DNA of 64,000 nt from contig CAXBIY010000003.1 in assembly GCA_963975985.1 (NCBI GenBank), positions 129,539 through 193,538 on the forward strand. The letters run 5' to 3'. The notes under the pieces were generated by a model. The model searched no databases and was not told the DNA's origin. It saw only the letters and a program-made list of their open reading frames with translations. The translations under genes were made by a program, and so were the position numbers. Numbering within the stretch: the first letter of the stretch is position 1; every line of letters starts with the position of its first letter. Below are positions 39,635-50,279 of the stretch, piece after piece. Source of the stretch: an uncultured Gammaproteobacteria bacterium. GTDB taxonomy: Bacteria > Pseudomonadota > Gammaproteobacteria > JABDGN01.

Positions 39635-40291
39635 CTAATTTTCCTCAAGCCATTGGGGTAATTTTGATATATCGGCTAAACAAACAACCGGGTTATATTC
39701 AGTTAACGTTTCTTCACATTGCGTGCCACAGGTAACAGCGACCGCGTCTACCTCAGCATTATTTGCCATTTCTAAATCGTAAGTGGAGTCACCAATCATT
39801 AAAGTTTGTGATTTTTCCATGCCGGTTTCAGTCATAATTTCTAACAGCATATTCGGTGAAGGTTTTGATGCGGTTTCATCAGCTGTGCGTGTCATCGTGA
39901 AAAATTGCTCTAAACCAGTTTCAGCTAATACGGCATCTAAACCACGACGGCCTTTGCCTGTCGCCACGGCTAGAACATAGCCTTGCTTATGTAAATTTGC
40001 CAACGTTGCTTTAACATCAGCATACAAATGCTCATCCGTCATTTTTAGCGATAAAAAATGTGCCATATAGTGATCGTGAAAATATTCAAGCACAGACATT
40101 TCTGCATCAGGATACAAACGCTTAAACATCTCCATTAAGTTTAAACCGATTAATTGATGGATAGCTTTATCGTTCGGTTTTGGCAGTTCTAATTGTTCTG
40201 CTGCATGCTGCACACAAGCCACAATATGGCCAAGTGAGTCCATGATTGTACCGTCCCAATCGAATACTAATAAATTGTAGCGCTTACTCAT
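39635..40291 (-). CDS. HAD-superfamily hydrolase (phosphoglycolate-phosphatase-like)
   Basis: 'LLVFDWDGTIMDS' motif I and 'IGDSTYDLEMANNAE' motif IV; immediately downstream of rluC. Confidence 0.7.
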   Translation of the reverse strand: MSKRYNLLVFDWDGTIMDSLGHIVACVQHAAEQLELPKPNDKAIHQLIGLNLMEMFKRLYPDAEMSVLEYFHDHYMAHFLSLKMTDEHLYADVKATLANLHKQGYVLAVATGKGRRGLDAVLAETGLEQFFTMTRTADETASKPSPNMLLEIMTETGMEKSQTLMIGDSTYDLEMANNAEVDAVAVTCGTQCEETLTEYNPVVCLADISKLPQWLEEN

Positions 40292-41222
40292 TTGGTAACC
40301 TATTAATACTTTGTTGCAAATCATCATCAAGCTCTGCGATAACTTCTAATCGCTGACCTGTCGTTGGTGCAATAAAAGCTAAACGCCAAGCGTGTAAAAA
40401 TAATCGCTTAACGCCAAACTGTCGCATCGTTTTATCAAATTCACGATGACCATATTTGCTATCTCCTACCACAGGATGCTTAACAGCAGCTGCATGTACA
40501 CGAATTTGGTGCGTACGACCCGTTTGCAAATCTGCCCGCATTAGCGTGGCATCAGCAAAGTGTTGCAACACATAGAATGTCGTTTGCGAGGGTTTGCCCT
40601 CTCGGTCGACTCTTACCACTCGCTCACCTGATTGTAGATGATTTTTTTCTAATGCCAACTTCACGACCTGTTTTTCACCTCGCCAACGGCCTTTGCACAA
40701 ACATTGGTAGGATTTTTCCATTTCATGCTCACGTAGCATTCTATGCAACTCGCGCAATACACTGCGCTTTTTTGCAACAATGATACAGCCGGAGGTTTCT
40801 CTATCGAGTCGATGCGCTAAATCCATGTGCTTCAATTTGGGGTACATTTGCCGCAAGGCTTCAATCAAGCCTATTTCAACGCCACTGCCGGCATGGACGG
40901 CCAAGCCAGATGGCTTATTAATAATGAACATGCCATCATCTTCATACAATATTCTTTTTAATAGCAGTTTTGTTAAGCCATCGCCCGCTTTACTGGTTTC
41001 GGTCTTTTCTGGCACACGCAAGGGTGGAATACGGATTTTATCGCCTGCTTGCAATTTATACTCAGCCTTGACGCGCTTTTTATCAATTCGTACTTCACCC
41101 TTACGCACAGCCCGATAAATCCGGCTTTTAGGGACCTGACGAAATTGTGCCATCAGATAGTTGTCTACCCGCTGGCCTGCTTCATCACTGGTTATTGTTT
41201 CAAATCTAACGTGCTCGCCCAT
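40284..41222 (-). CDS. rluC: 23S rRNA pseudouridine synthase RluC (RluA family with S4 domain)
   Basis: N-terminal S4 region; 'HRLDRETSGCIIVAKK' catalytic-Asp motif; divergent from rne as in other gamma-proteobacteria. Confidence 0.85.
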   Translation of the reverse strand: MGEHVRFETITSDEAGQRVDNYLMAQFRQVPKSRIYRAVRKGEVRIDKKRVKAEYKLQAGDKIRIPPLRVPEKTETSKAGDGLTKLLLKRILYEDDGMFIINKPSGLAVHAGSGVEIGLIEALRQMYPKLKHMDLAHRLDRETSGCIIVAKKRSVLRELHRMLREHEMEKSYQCLCKGRWRGEKQVVKLALEKNHLQSGERVVRVDREGKPSQTTFYVLQHFADATLMRADLQTGRTHQIRVHAAAVKHPVVGDSKYGHREFDKTMRQFGVKRLFLHAWRLAFIAPTTGQRLEVIAELDDDLQQSINRLPNE

Positions 41223-41566
41223 AATTCTCTTCTGAATCCTAATTTATCTATTTTTGCCACTCAAAATACAACGAATTGCACTGTATAGTAAAAACTGCTA
41301 TGCTTCAATGACCGGCAAAAATTAGCCGCGAGAAACAAATTTTATCGCTTCTGTGGCCAAGATTCACACAAGCTAAATGTAACACAAGCGCTCTATCAGG
41401 ATTACCGAGGCGCAGGACGTGACAACAGAATTTTATAGTAAGAAAAGCTTGCTAACTGATTGAAAAAATTAGGTTTTAAACAACACCAGCCACTGCTGGT
41501 GGATTCTTTGTCCATACCCGTCTCCTCTCTGTTCCTGACATTGCGCCCTAACCCAAGGGTGAAAAT
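41223..41566 (+). promoter_or_regulatory. Long rne leader / divergent rluC-rne promoter region
   Basis: 344-nt non-coding stretch ahead of rne containing hairpins (e.g. ccagccactgctgg); rne 5'UTRs are autoregulatory in E. coli. Confidence 0.4.
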
Positions 41567-44002
41567 ATGAAACGTATGTTAATTAATGCGACACAAGAAG
41601 AAGAGATTCGTGTTGCCATGGTCGATGGTCAATACCTTTATAATCTTGATATCGAAAGCACGGCTAAAGTCTCTACCAAAGCTAATATTTACAAAGGCAA
41701 AATCTCTCGCATCGAACCGAGCCTTGAAGCTGCATTTGTTGAATACGGCGGCGAACGCCACGGTTTTTTACCGTTAAAAGAAATTGCTCCAAGCTACCAC
41801 AAAAGCGAAGCCGAGCCAGGTAAACGTATGAACATTAAAGATCTGGTCAAAGAAGGCCAAGAAATTATTGTTCAAGTCGAAAAAGAAGAGCGTGGCGCAA
41901 AAGGCGCGGCCTTAACCACTTTCATTACATTGGCGGGTTGTTATTTGGTCGTGATGCCTAATAATCCAAAAGCCGGTGGTATTTCACGTCGCATCGAATC
42001 AACCGATCGTGGTGAATTACGTGACATCTTAAACAACCTGAATGCACCTGAAGATATGGGTGTTATCGTGCGCACTGCCGGTGTTGGCAAATCAGGCGAA
42101 GAATTACAGTGGGATTTAGATTCCCTATTAAAACAATGGAATGCGATTCAAAAAGCCAGTGAAGAACGTGGCGCGCCTTTCTTAATCTATCAAGAAAGTG
42201 ACATTATTTCTCGTTGCGTACGTGATAACTTACGTGATGATATCGGCGAATTGGTGATTGATAGCCCTAAAATCTATAACAAAGCCAAAGAGTATATTGA
42301 AGCAGTACGCCCAGAATTTGCTAGCAAGGTTAGCCTTTATAGTGAAAGTGCCCCGCTATTTAACCGTTATCAAATCGAACGCCAAATCGAATCAGCCTTC
42401 CAACGTGAAGTGCAATTACCTTCTGGTGGTTCTATTGTTATTGATAATACTGAAGCCTTAATTTCCATCGATATTAACTCGGCGCGAGCAACTCGAGGCA
42501 GCGATATTGAAGCGACGGCTCTAAACACTAATTTAGAAGCTGCTGATGAAATCGCCCGTCAATTACGTATGCGTGATGCTGGTGGCTTAATCGTTATCGA
42601 TTTTATCGACATGGGCCCTGTCCGCAATCAACGAGAAGTCGAAAATCGTTTGCGTGACGGCGTTGCAAGCGATCGTGCTCGCATTCAAACCAGTCGTATT
42701 TCTCGATTTGGTTTATTAGAAATGTCACGTCAACGTTTACGTCCATCCTTGCGTGAAGGCACGCAACATGTTTGTCCTCGCTGTTCAGGTAACGGTATGA
42801 TTCGCGGCGTTGAATCATTATCATTAGCTATTCTACGCTTAATTGAAGAAGAAGCTGAAAAAGAACTCGGCTGTCATGTGCGTACTTACGTGCCATTAAA
42901 TGTCGCCACTTATTTAATGAATGAGAAGAAAGAACATATTTCGCAAATTGAGCACCGAAATACGGTTAAAGTATATATTCTTCCTAGTATCGAGCTCGAA
43001 ACACCGCATTATAAAATTGAACGCGTTAAAGCGGTAGAAACGAAAAACTTAAAAGAAAAACTCAGCTACGACATTGAATATAAAGCTGAAACGGAAGAGT
43101 CAATTGATGATGTGAATGCTCCTCTCGCCTCACAGAAAATAGAGCAACCTGCTGTCAGCAGGATCTCTCCTGAGGAACGCCCAACAACAAAAGCTGCGAC
43201 TAATAAACCTGGCTTATTTGTCAGATTATATCGAGCGTTATTCGGAACAGGTGACAGCAAGCCTTCAAACTCACGTCATTCACGTCAACGTCAAGGCAAT
43301 AGCAACCAACGCTATCAAAATAATCGCAACCAACAAAACAACAACCGCCGCACTAACAACAATGGTCGCAATCAGAGTAATGATCGCCGACAAACGGGTC
43401 AGCAACGTGATGGCCAACAAACTCGAGGTAATAACCAGCAACGTAATCGTCAGCCGCGTGATGAACAACAACGCACTCCCCGCCAACCGCGTGATGAGCA
43501 GCAACGTAATCGTCAACCACGTGATGATCAACAACGCACTCCTCGCCAACCGCGTAATCGTCAACCACGCGATGAGCAACAAAATACTAAACCACGTGAA
43601 GAGCAGCAACCTAGTAATAATGCTGCGCAGCAGCCCAACACCACTCAACCGCGCAGCGAACAACCGAATCGTGATGACAATGATTCACAACGTAGTCGCC
43701 AACCGCGTGGTAACAACCGTGGTAATAATCGTGGTCGCAATAACCGTAACCGTAGCAACTCGAATTCAAGCTCAACGGTAAAAGAAGTGAATATCACAAG
43801 TGATGCCCCATCGACGCCATCAGCAGCACCTTCTGTCGCAACACCGCCACCCGTCAGCTTTGCTAGTGTCGTGCACGACACGCACCCTCGTCCAGCAAGA
43901 AACGCTCCAGCGACTAAACCAGCAGGTGTATTTCAACAAGATGCTGTCGAAAGAGAACGCCAAATGCAAGCACAGGGTAATACAGCAGCGGATAAAGATT
44001 AA
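41567..44002 (+). CDS. rne: Ribonuclease E
   Basis: N-terminal S1/DNase I-like catalytic domain ('[10 protein letters not shown]...', Zn-link 'CPRCSG'); low-complexity Arg/Gln/Asn-rich C-terminal half. Confidence 0.9.
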   Translation: MKRMLINATQEEEIRVAMVDGQYLYNLDIESTAKVSTKANIYKGKISRIEPSLEAAFVEYGGERHGFLPLKEIAPSYHKSEAEPGKRMNIKDLVKEGQEIIVQVEKEERGAKGAALTTFITLAGCYLVVMPNNPKAGGISRRIESTDRGELRDILNNLNAPEDMGVIVRTAGVGKSGEELQWDLDSLLKQWNAIQKASEERGAPFLIYQESDIISRCVRDNLRDDIGELVIDSPKIYNKAKEYIEAVRPEFASKVSLYSESAPLFNRYQIERQIESAFQREVQLPSGGSIVIDNTEALISIDINSARATRGSDIEATALNTNLEAADEIARQLRMRDAGGLIVIDFIDMGPVRNQREVENRLRDGVASDRARIQTSRISRFGLLEMSRQRLRPSLREGTQHVCPRCSGNGMIRGVESLSLAILRLIEEEAEKELGCHVRTYVPLNVATYLMNEKKEHISQIEHRNTVKVYILPSIELETPHYKIERVKAVETKNLKEKLSYDIEYKAETEESIDDVNAPLASQKIEQPAVSRISPEERPTTKAATNKPGLFVRLYRALFGTGDSKPSNSRHSRQRQGNSNQRYQNNRNQQNNNRRTNNNGRNQSNDRRQTGQQRDGQQTRGNNQQRNRQPRDEQQRTPRQPRDEQQRNRQPRDDQQRTPRQPRNRQPRDEQQNTKPREEQQPSNNAAQQPNTTQPRSEQPNRDDNDSQRSRQPRGNNRGNNRGRNNRNRSNSNSSSTVKEVNITSDAPSTPSAAPSVATPPPVSFASVVHDTHPRPARNAPATKPAGVFQQDAVERERQMQAQGNTAADKD
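43440..43590 (+). repeat. In-frame tandem ~33-nt repeats encoding (QPRDEQQR[T/N][P/R]R)x5 in the RNase E C-terminus
   Basis: Direct nucleotide repeats 'cgtcaaccacgtgatga(g/t)ca(g/a)caacg...' visible in the sequence. Confidence 0.6.
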
Positions 44003-44084
44003 TCGCGGCTCTACACGACATTCAAGGCTAGTAGCATTTAACTGCTAGCTTTGGATAAGCTTAATCATAACAATCAAACTATTA

Positions 44085-45503
44085 ATGAGTATAATGCCTA
44101 AACAACCGAAAGCATTGTATGTACTTTTTTGTGCGGAACTTACGATTCGTTTCAGCTATTGGGGGCTGCAATCTTTATTGGTTCTGCTTCTGACTCAACG
44201 TTTCCATCATACTGCAACCTTTGCTTATCATACCTATGGCGCATTTACCGCATTAGCTTTTTTATTTTCAATCATGGGTGGGTTTCTTGCGGATAGATTT
44301 TTAGGTTTTAGTAAAACAGCATTGCTTGGTATCAGTGCTTGTCTGCTCGGTAACTTGTTTCTCGCACTTCAATTGCCGATAGGTTATATGTTCAGCCTAG
44401 CCATGATTGCCTTGGGAACTGGCTTGTTCTTCCCCAATAATTCGAATTGGTTAGGCCAACAATACGGCGAGCAAGATCGACGTCGTAGCAAAGGTTTCAC
44501 TCTTTATTATATGGGTACAAACTTAGGTGCACTACTGGGCCCAATTGTTTACGGCTCGATTAACCACAACTCGCCACACCAGACTCAGTGGGTATTCTTC
44601 TGCAGTGTTGGACTCATGCTCTTGTGGGGATTGCTGTTTAGCTTAACGCATCGTTGTTTCAAACTGACAACGGAAGCCCCTCGATTTTCCCGAAGCCATT
44701 ACGTTTGGATTGCAATCCTCTTGCTTGGCGCATTAAGTTTCGCTTACTATTTGTTGTTGCAATACACCCTTCTCGGCATAGTATTAACGCTCATTTTTGG
44801 AATGAGTGTTGTTTATGTCATTCAACAATCGTATCGGCTGCAATTACGTTTACAGAGCAGCTTAAAATTAATTGGATTAATTGTATTTCCCTTAATATTT
44901 TTCACCCTAGCTTTCCAAGTCGGAGATTCACTCATCATCTTTGCGCAACATCATGTCGCGCGCACGGTATTTAACCATGTGATCCCCGCGCCATTCTTTG
45001 CTTCATTTGAACCTATTTTTATTGTACTCATGGCCCCAATCTTGATCATGATTTGGAAAAAACTCGAAAATAGCCAACTTTATATTAGCGAAACTGCTAA
45101 AATAAGTGCTGGATTTTTGTTCACATCAATAGCATTTTTATGCTATTATTTGTGCACATTAGAAGCAATGGATAACCAGCAAGCTTCGCTGTTACTATTT
45201 ACGACGGCCTATCTCTTTTTAGCGATAGGTGAGTTATGCATCATGCCACCCGTGATATCCATGGTCAGCGAGCATGCGCCAGCAAAACTGAAAGGCATGC
45301 TGATGGGGTTATTATTTATGTCGCTATCGTTTTCATCTTATCTGTCAGCGATAGTAGCAAACTTAACGAATGATGCTCAAGAACACAGCAATATAGTCAA
45401 TTTTAGTATGACTTATGGACGAATAGCTGGCTTCGCATTCATCGTCAGTATAATAACAATAGCTGCTCGTCAATATTACGTTCAGCACAGCAGGACACCA
45501 TAA
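44085..45503 (+). CDS. POT/PTR2-family proton-dependent oligopeptide transporter
   Basis: 'AELTIRFSYWGLQSLLVLLL' PTR2 signature region; ~12-14 TMS. Confidence 0.7.
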   Translation: MSIMPKQPKALYVLFCAELTIRFSYWGLQSLLVLLLTQRFHHTATFAYHTYGAFTALAFLFSIMGGFLADRFLGFSKTALLGISACLLGNLFLALQLPIGYMFSLAMIALGTGLFFPNNSNWLGQQYGEQDRRRSKGFTLYYMGTNLGALLGPIVYGSINHNSPHQTQWVFFCSVGLMLLWGLLFSLTHRCFKLTTEAPRFSRSHYVWIAILLLGALSFAYYLLLQYTLLGIVLTLIFGMSVVYVIQQSYRLQLRLQSSLKLIGLIVFPLIFFTLAFQVGDSLIIFAQHHVARTVFNHVIPAPFFASFEPIFIVLMAPILIMIWKKLENSQLYISETAKISAGFLFTSIAFLCYYLCTLEAMDNQQASLLLFTTAYLFLAIGELCIMPPVISMVSEHAPAKLKGMLMGLLFMSLSFSSYLSAIVANLTNDAQEHSNIVNFSMTYGRIAGFAFIVSIITIAARQYYVQHSRTP

Positions 45504-46171
45504 TGAATAACAAAAAAGACATCGATAGTTTATTAGCTGAAGTAAAAGTTAATATGTATATTAACGAGCTTAATATTAAACTTTACCGTGCTGTTGAGGA
45601 AAATAATGCCGATGACATTATCCGCAACATTCGTGATGGGGCTAATGTTCACCGCTCAGAAGGTATTGAACTACGACAGTTTAATGCAGAAGAAAACACC
45701 CCGCTCCATATTGCCGCAACACTTGGCCACACCGATGCGACTGAAGCGCTGGTTTTATTTCATGCGAAAGTTGAAGCGCGCAATCGCAATCAGCAAACAC
45801 CCTTGCATTGGGCAGCCAATGGCAGTCATTGTCAAATCATCGATTACCTAATGGAATACGGTGCACATTTAAATGTGAAAGATGCTGATGGTGATGCACC
45901 TTTAGCTTGGGCCGCTAATGTCGGGCAATTAGTTGGAGTGAAAAAATTTATTGCCTTAGGTGCAAACCCAATGGCAAAAAATAGTATTGGTAATACAGCA
46001 TTACATTGGGCTGCCACCCATGGTCATTTAGATGTTGTGAAATATTTAGTTGAATTAGGCATGGCTATTGATGACACTAATGAAGTTGGGGAAACACCGC
46101 TTGAATGCGCGATGCATCACTCGCATGTTGATACGGTGATGTATTTAGCTAGGCTAGCTAAAGCGTGCTAA
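45503..46171 (+). CDS. Ankyrin-repeat protein
   Basis: Five or more ANK repeats ('TPLHIAATLGHTDATEALV', 'TPLHWAANGSHCQIIDYLMEYGAHLN', 'NTALHWAATHGHLDVVKYLV'); start ATG overlaps the POT stop (TAATG). Confidence 0.75.
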   Translation: MNNKKDIDSLLAEVKVNMYINELNIKLYRAVEENNADDIIRNIRDGANVHRSEGIELRQFNAEENTPLHIAATLGHTDATEALVLFHAKVEARNRNQQTPLHWAANGSHCQIIDYLMEYGAHLNVKDADGDAPLAWAANVGQLVGVKKFIALGANPMAKNSIGNTALHWAATHGHLDVVKYLVELGMAIDDTNEVGETPLECAMHHSHVDTVMYLARLAKAC

Positions 46172-47456
46172 CAACCGATGGTATTTCGGCAAGCTCTGCA
46201 AATCTTGCTTTTACCCAAGGAGCATTGCCATCCCAAATAAGCGTCGCCAATGCTATTTCGGATAAATCTCTACTTGCATGAGCGAGCACCTGCCCTTGCT
46301 TAATTTTCCACTCATCAACACGACTTCCACTAACCTGCTGCCAAGGGAGAGAAACACTTGATACCCTACCTTTTTCATAAGGGAAAAGTGCCCAAAAAGC
46401 ATGAAGTCGTCGTATTGGCTTCTGTGTAATCGCTTTACCTACCTGCACACAAAAATCAGCGTATAACATATCAAAACCATACTGTTTTTTATAAGATGCA
46501 ATAGCTAAACCACCGGGACATCGAGCTGCAACTTCTAAGAAAGTTAATTTATTCGTATAAGGGTCACGAAAAATCTCCATGTGTGATGCACCATCAGGCA
46601 TACCTAGTTTCCTCAAGATATCATGAGCGAACGCCTGGATTTTTACCGAGACGATATCATCATCAGGTAATGTCAAACTACCAATAGCTGTGCCTTGAAG
46701 AAATTCACCCATCGGCCGATTATATTCAGCAACCACAGAAAATATAATCTTTCCCTTATTCACAACACTATCACAATGATAAAGTGTGCCATCAACGTAC
46801 GACTCGACTTCATAATTATCTAACGGTAAAGAACTTTTAGTTTCTAAATTTTGAAAGTCACTTATATTATGACAGATGACTAAGCCACGACTGGAGGCAG
46901 CGTTAAAAGGCTTAAGTATTAATTTGGGCCCAAAACGACGCACTAATTGATTATAATATCCCATCCAGGATGCTTTAAACTGGTTCAAAGAAAAACGCGT
47001 AAAAGCAGGTACATTTACACCCGCTGTGCGTAGTAAATGCTTGTTCGCTAGTTTGTCACTGAATAATTGTGCCTGTCGACAGGTTAAACCGCGATCAGCC
47101 AGATAACGATAATTGCTGCGTAATTCTGCGGCCAATTGCATATTCACATCATCATTACAAATAATAGTTAGCTTTGAAGCATGGCTGACTATTTTAAAAA
47201 TTGCGGACTTAACAGCGTCTGCTTGTAAAACCCCAGGGATTAAAGGTGAGGCTGCTGGCGCCACATGAATCTGCTTGAAATAATGTTCCTGCTTTGCAGC
47301 AATGATTTGCTGCTTTTGTTCCTGTAGCACAATGGCATAAAAAACAAATCTGTCACTTAACTTTTTTAATTGCTTAAAATTGTAGGATGAAAAAAATCGA
47401 TTGGTAACAAACACAACCGCCCATGCCTGCAATGGTTGTAATGGTTCACCACGCAT
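46158..47456 (-). CDS. ATP-grasp ligase (L-amino-acid-ligase/ATP-grasp_4-like)
   Basis: 'LILKPFNAASSRGLVI', 'ESYVDGTLYHCD' and 'HMEIFRDPYTNKLTFLEVAARCPGG' ATP-grasp motifs; start could instead be 47540. Confidence 0.55.
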   Translation of the reverse strand: MRGEPLQPLQAWAVVFVTNRFFSSYNFKQLKKLSDRFVFYAIVLQEQKQQIIAAKQEHYFKQIHVAPAASPLIPGVLQADAVKSAIFKIVSHASKLTIICNDDVNMQLAAELRSNYRYLADRGLTCRQAQLFSDKLANKHLLRTAGVNVPAFTRFSLNQFKASWMGYYNQLVRRFGPKLILKPFNAASSRGLVICHNISDFQNLETKSSLPLDNYEVESYVDGTLYHCDSVVNKGKIIFSVVAEYNRPMGEFLQGTAIGSLTLPDDDIVSVKIQAFAHDILRKLGMPDGASHMEIFRDPYTNKLTFLEVAARCPGGLAIASYKKQYGFDMLYADFCVQVGKAITQKPIRRLHAFWALFPYEKGRVSSVSLPWQQVSGSRVDEWKIKQGQVLAHASRDLSEIALATLIWDGNAPWVKARFAELAEIPSVVSTL

Positions 47457-47461
47457 TCTGT

Positions 47462-48232
47462 TTAGACCACGGAACACGTTATGGATGGAGATACGGCGTA
47501 GCACTGTCTCATCACTTGATCTAACGTTTGATGATAACAATCAATAAACGTTTCGGTCATCTCTTCACTCTGTTCCGGATCTAGATCCTTCCCGTACTGC
47601 GCAACAATTTTATCGACCAAGACAATATGTTGCTCATCACTTTCATCACCTTCGGTTAAGCCATGCTCATACAAATAATTACGCTTCACAGAGTGGCTAC
47701 TACGCCCAGTATAAACTTGCCATTGGGCCACAAAATCCTCAATACCACGGATCATCGAAGGTGCAGTGGTTTCGATTAACTCCGCCATCGCAATCGCTTG
47801 TGATAAACTTGCATGTTGTACCTGCGTTTTCGCCATGAATTGACGAACATAAGTTTGGTTATGGTGAATCGTGCAGTCATCCAGCAAAGAGGCAATCATC
47901 AATTTGTATTGTTCAGGATGTGGGATGTTGTCATAACGAGTCCCTTTTATGATCGGATGTAATCCGACTTCCGTTTCGTGAATTAACGTCGCTAGCTCGC
48001 TGGGCTCACCGTCGGTTAAATCCGCCATACGTTTAAAGACACAGGTTGACATCACCGGTAGTACATAAAAAGCATCGACCACCTGTGTTAAAAATTTAAC
48101 TTGCTCCGCATGGCTAGCTTCAGCGATACGCATCAAACCTTCATTTGGCTTTGGCATAATCGTAAAAAACTGATGCCAGAAAGCATGATCCAGCAAACGA
48201 TTGCGTTGAACGTCAGAAATTAAATTCGCCAC
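47462..48232 (-). CDS. Hypothetical all-helical protein, possibly heme-oxygenase-like/iron-containing redox family
   Basis: Helical composition with E/H-rich motifs ('HETEVGLH', 'DESDEQH'); weak call. Confidence 0.3.
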   Translation of the reverse strand: MANLISDVQRNRLLDHAFWHQFFTIMPKPNEGLMRIAEASHAEQVKFLTQVVDAFYVLPVMSTCVFKRMADLTDGEPSELATLIHETEVGLHPIIKGTRYDNIPHPEQYKLMIASLLDDCTIHHNQTYVRQFMAKTQVQHASLSQAIAMAELIETTAPSMIRGIEDFVAQWQVYTGRSSHSVKRNYLYEHGLTEGDESDEQHIVLVDKIVAQYGKDLDPEQSEEMTETFIDCYHQTLDQVMRQCYAVSPSITCSVV

Positions 48233-48359
48233 TGTTTAAGCCTCAATTTTGTATTATTGTCTTGGTGATTATTCGTTGTGCATATTATATACCATGTTGG
48301 AGATGGATGCAGCGTGGATGACAGTAATACATGAAATTATTGTTGTTATTTCATCACGA

Positions 48360-49415
48360 CTATTTACGAATGAGGAATAGCTTGAGTTTTCGTGTTTTAA
48401 AAGGATAAAGCTTAGCCAAAGCAGCTCCCATTGGATCAGATAGTTCATGGCCAGTATCCTCTAACGTTGATATCTCAGCCCTTTCATCTTGCTCATAGTC
48501 TAAGCCCATCCTCAACTCACTACGACCCAGATCCGTATCAAGCCCAATCCATGTTGCTTCATTTTTTGATTTGATTTCGCCTACATGCCCATAAACATTA
48601 ATAAAGGATCGCGGTATATCCCCTCTGTGTTCATGTCGATCCCAAATGAAATTATAAATCAATTGGTTATCCGTACAACTCTGCAAGTTTTTTGAAAAAC
48701 TTTCGTTACAAACATGAACAGCTTTATCTATTGTTGAGACATCATCCATCTGCTCTCGCATCAACACAGCAAGATTAATCAAGGTTTTATCATCACAAGG
48801 GGCATGCGTTAACAAGAATGGCTGAAGGCTATTGTTCGTGTTCGGTAAATATTCAAGTAATTTCAATCGAGGCAGATATATGTTTTTAAAAATATTTTTC
48901 ACATGTCGCTTTTTTGTCGCATCAATCACTCGATAATCAAAAGAAATACTTTGATCTTGGCTAATACCTACGCCTCGTGATGGTAAGTTAAAACCATTAA
49001 GTCCATAGCGCACAAACTCTCTATCGTGGTTGGAAAAAATAATACTGAAATCTACTCCTTGCATTGACATCCATTCATAAACTAACAGTGTCATATAGTC
49101 TGAGTTACCACGGTCACACAAGGTATCACCAATCAATATTAATTTTCGATTTTTTCTTGCCGATGTGCACTTAAGTCTACGTAATAAAGACAAAAAGATA
49201 TCATAATTAACTTCATGGTACGCTTGGCACAGTTGTGTATATATCTCTTGTGAAATTTTTAGGAGACGCGATGTTAATAAACAAAAGATCAGCTTCATTG
49301 CATTACCATGCAAATCACCAATGACACAGGTTGTCACATCATCCGGAATCAGTTGATCGTTTCGTGGAATAATACGCAAATTAAAATAGCCGGTAAAAAC
49401 CGTTGCTCGAGTCAT
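48360..49415 (-). CDS. PPP-family (calcineurin-like) Ser/Thr-phosphatase-type metallophosphoesterase
   Basis: 'VIGDLHGN' (GDxHG), 'LIGDTLCDRGNSD' (GDxxDRG) and 'SNHDREF' (GNHE-like) motifs. Confidence 0.65.
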   Translation of the reverse strand: MTRATVFTGYFNLRIIPRNDQLIPDDVTTCVIGDLHGNAMKLIFCLLTSRLLKISQEIYTQLCQAYHEVNYDIFLSLLRRLKCTSARKNRKLILIGDTLCDRGNSDYMTLLVYEWMSMQGVDFSIIFSNHDREFVRYGLNGFNLPSRGVGISQDQSISFDYRVIDATKKRHVKNIFKNIYLPRLKLLEYLPNTNNSLQPFLLTHAPCDDKTLINLAVLMREQMDDVSTIDKAVHVCNESFSKNLQSCTDNQLIYNFIWDRHEHRGDIPRSFINVYGHVGEIKSKNEATWIGLDTDLGRSELRMGLDYEQDERAEISTLEDTGHELSDPMGAALAKLYPFKTRKLKLFLIRK

Positions 49416-49453
49416 ATTTTTTTCTTATTTTTATTATATTCAAAACGACTGAT

Positions 49454-50218
49454 TTAACTATCAAACCAATCGCGCACTTTTTCTAAATCTTCTTGTGTAT
49501 TCACATCAAACATCGAACGTTCTTTCGCATCCGCGACATGAATTTTTTCACCGTGCCAAAGCACGCGTAATTGTTCTAAACGTTCTAAATCCTCGAGGGG
49601 CGATTCAGGCCAGCTGACAAATTTTTTCAAAAAACTCACGCGATAAGCATAAATACCGATATGCCAGCGATAAAAACTTAAATCGACATGCTCACCGTCG
49701 GGACATTCGATAAAAGCATCACGACTCCAAGGCACTGTCGCGCGACTAAAATATAAAGCGTTGTTATCTTTGTCACGTACCACTTTCACCACATTGCGAT
49801 TAAACAAATCATCTTTATCGCGTAGGGCTGAGCATAAGGTCGTCATACCGATATCAGCATGGTCATGTAATGCCTGGGCCACTTGTTGAATGGATGCCAC
49901 GGGCACCATGGGTTCATCGCCTTGCACATTGACAATAATATCATCATCAGCTAATTGCAATGTTTCCACAGCTTCAGCAAGGCGGTCCGTTCCTGATGTG
50001 TGATCGGCTCGCGTCATCACAACCTTAGCCCCAAAATTTGTGGCAGCGGCTTCAATGCGTTTATCATCTGTCGCAATCACAACGGAGGTCGCGTCAGCTT
50101 GTACTGCACGTTCATAGACGCGCTCAACTAAACTTTTGCCAGCAATATCAAGCAAGGCTTTGCCAGGCAAACGCGCAGAATCATAACGTGCTGGAATAAT
50201 AATGTGGAATTTCATCAA
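49454..50218 (-). CDS. kdsB: 3-deoxy-manno-octulosonate cytidylyltransferase (CMP-Kdo synthetase) KdsB
   Basis: 'IIPARYDSARLPGKAL' N-terminal motif; 254 aa. Confidence 0.85.
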   Translation of the reverse strand: MMKFHIIIPARYDSARLPGKALLDIAGKSLVERVYERAVQADATSVVIATDDKRIEAAATNFGAKVVMTRADHTSGTDRLAEAVETLQLADDDIIVNVQGDEPMVPVASIQQVAQALHDHADIGMTTLCSALRDKDDLFNRNVVKVVRDKDNNALYFSRATVPWSRDAFIECPDGEHVDLSFYRWHIGIYAYRVSFLKKFVSWPESPLEDLERLEQLRVLWHGEKIHVADAKERSMFDVNTQEDLEKVRDWFDS

Positions 50219-50279
50219 GGACCTCTTTCGATAATCTCGCGCCTGTATTTTAACTGATAAACATGATAGTTTATATGTT

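Noticed and set aside
43440-43590. Possible CRISPR array or mobile repeat in the rne tandem repeats
   Set aside because: Repeats are in-frame coding repeats without spacers and lie inside a conserved gene.
43218-43781. ORFs 43218..43781(+), 43280..43663(-), 43353..43568(-) and 43645..43881(-) in the rne tail
   Set aside because: Frame-shifted or antisense readings of the repetitive RNase E C-terminal region; repeats keep alternative frames open artificially.
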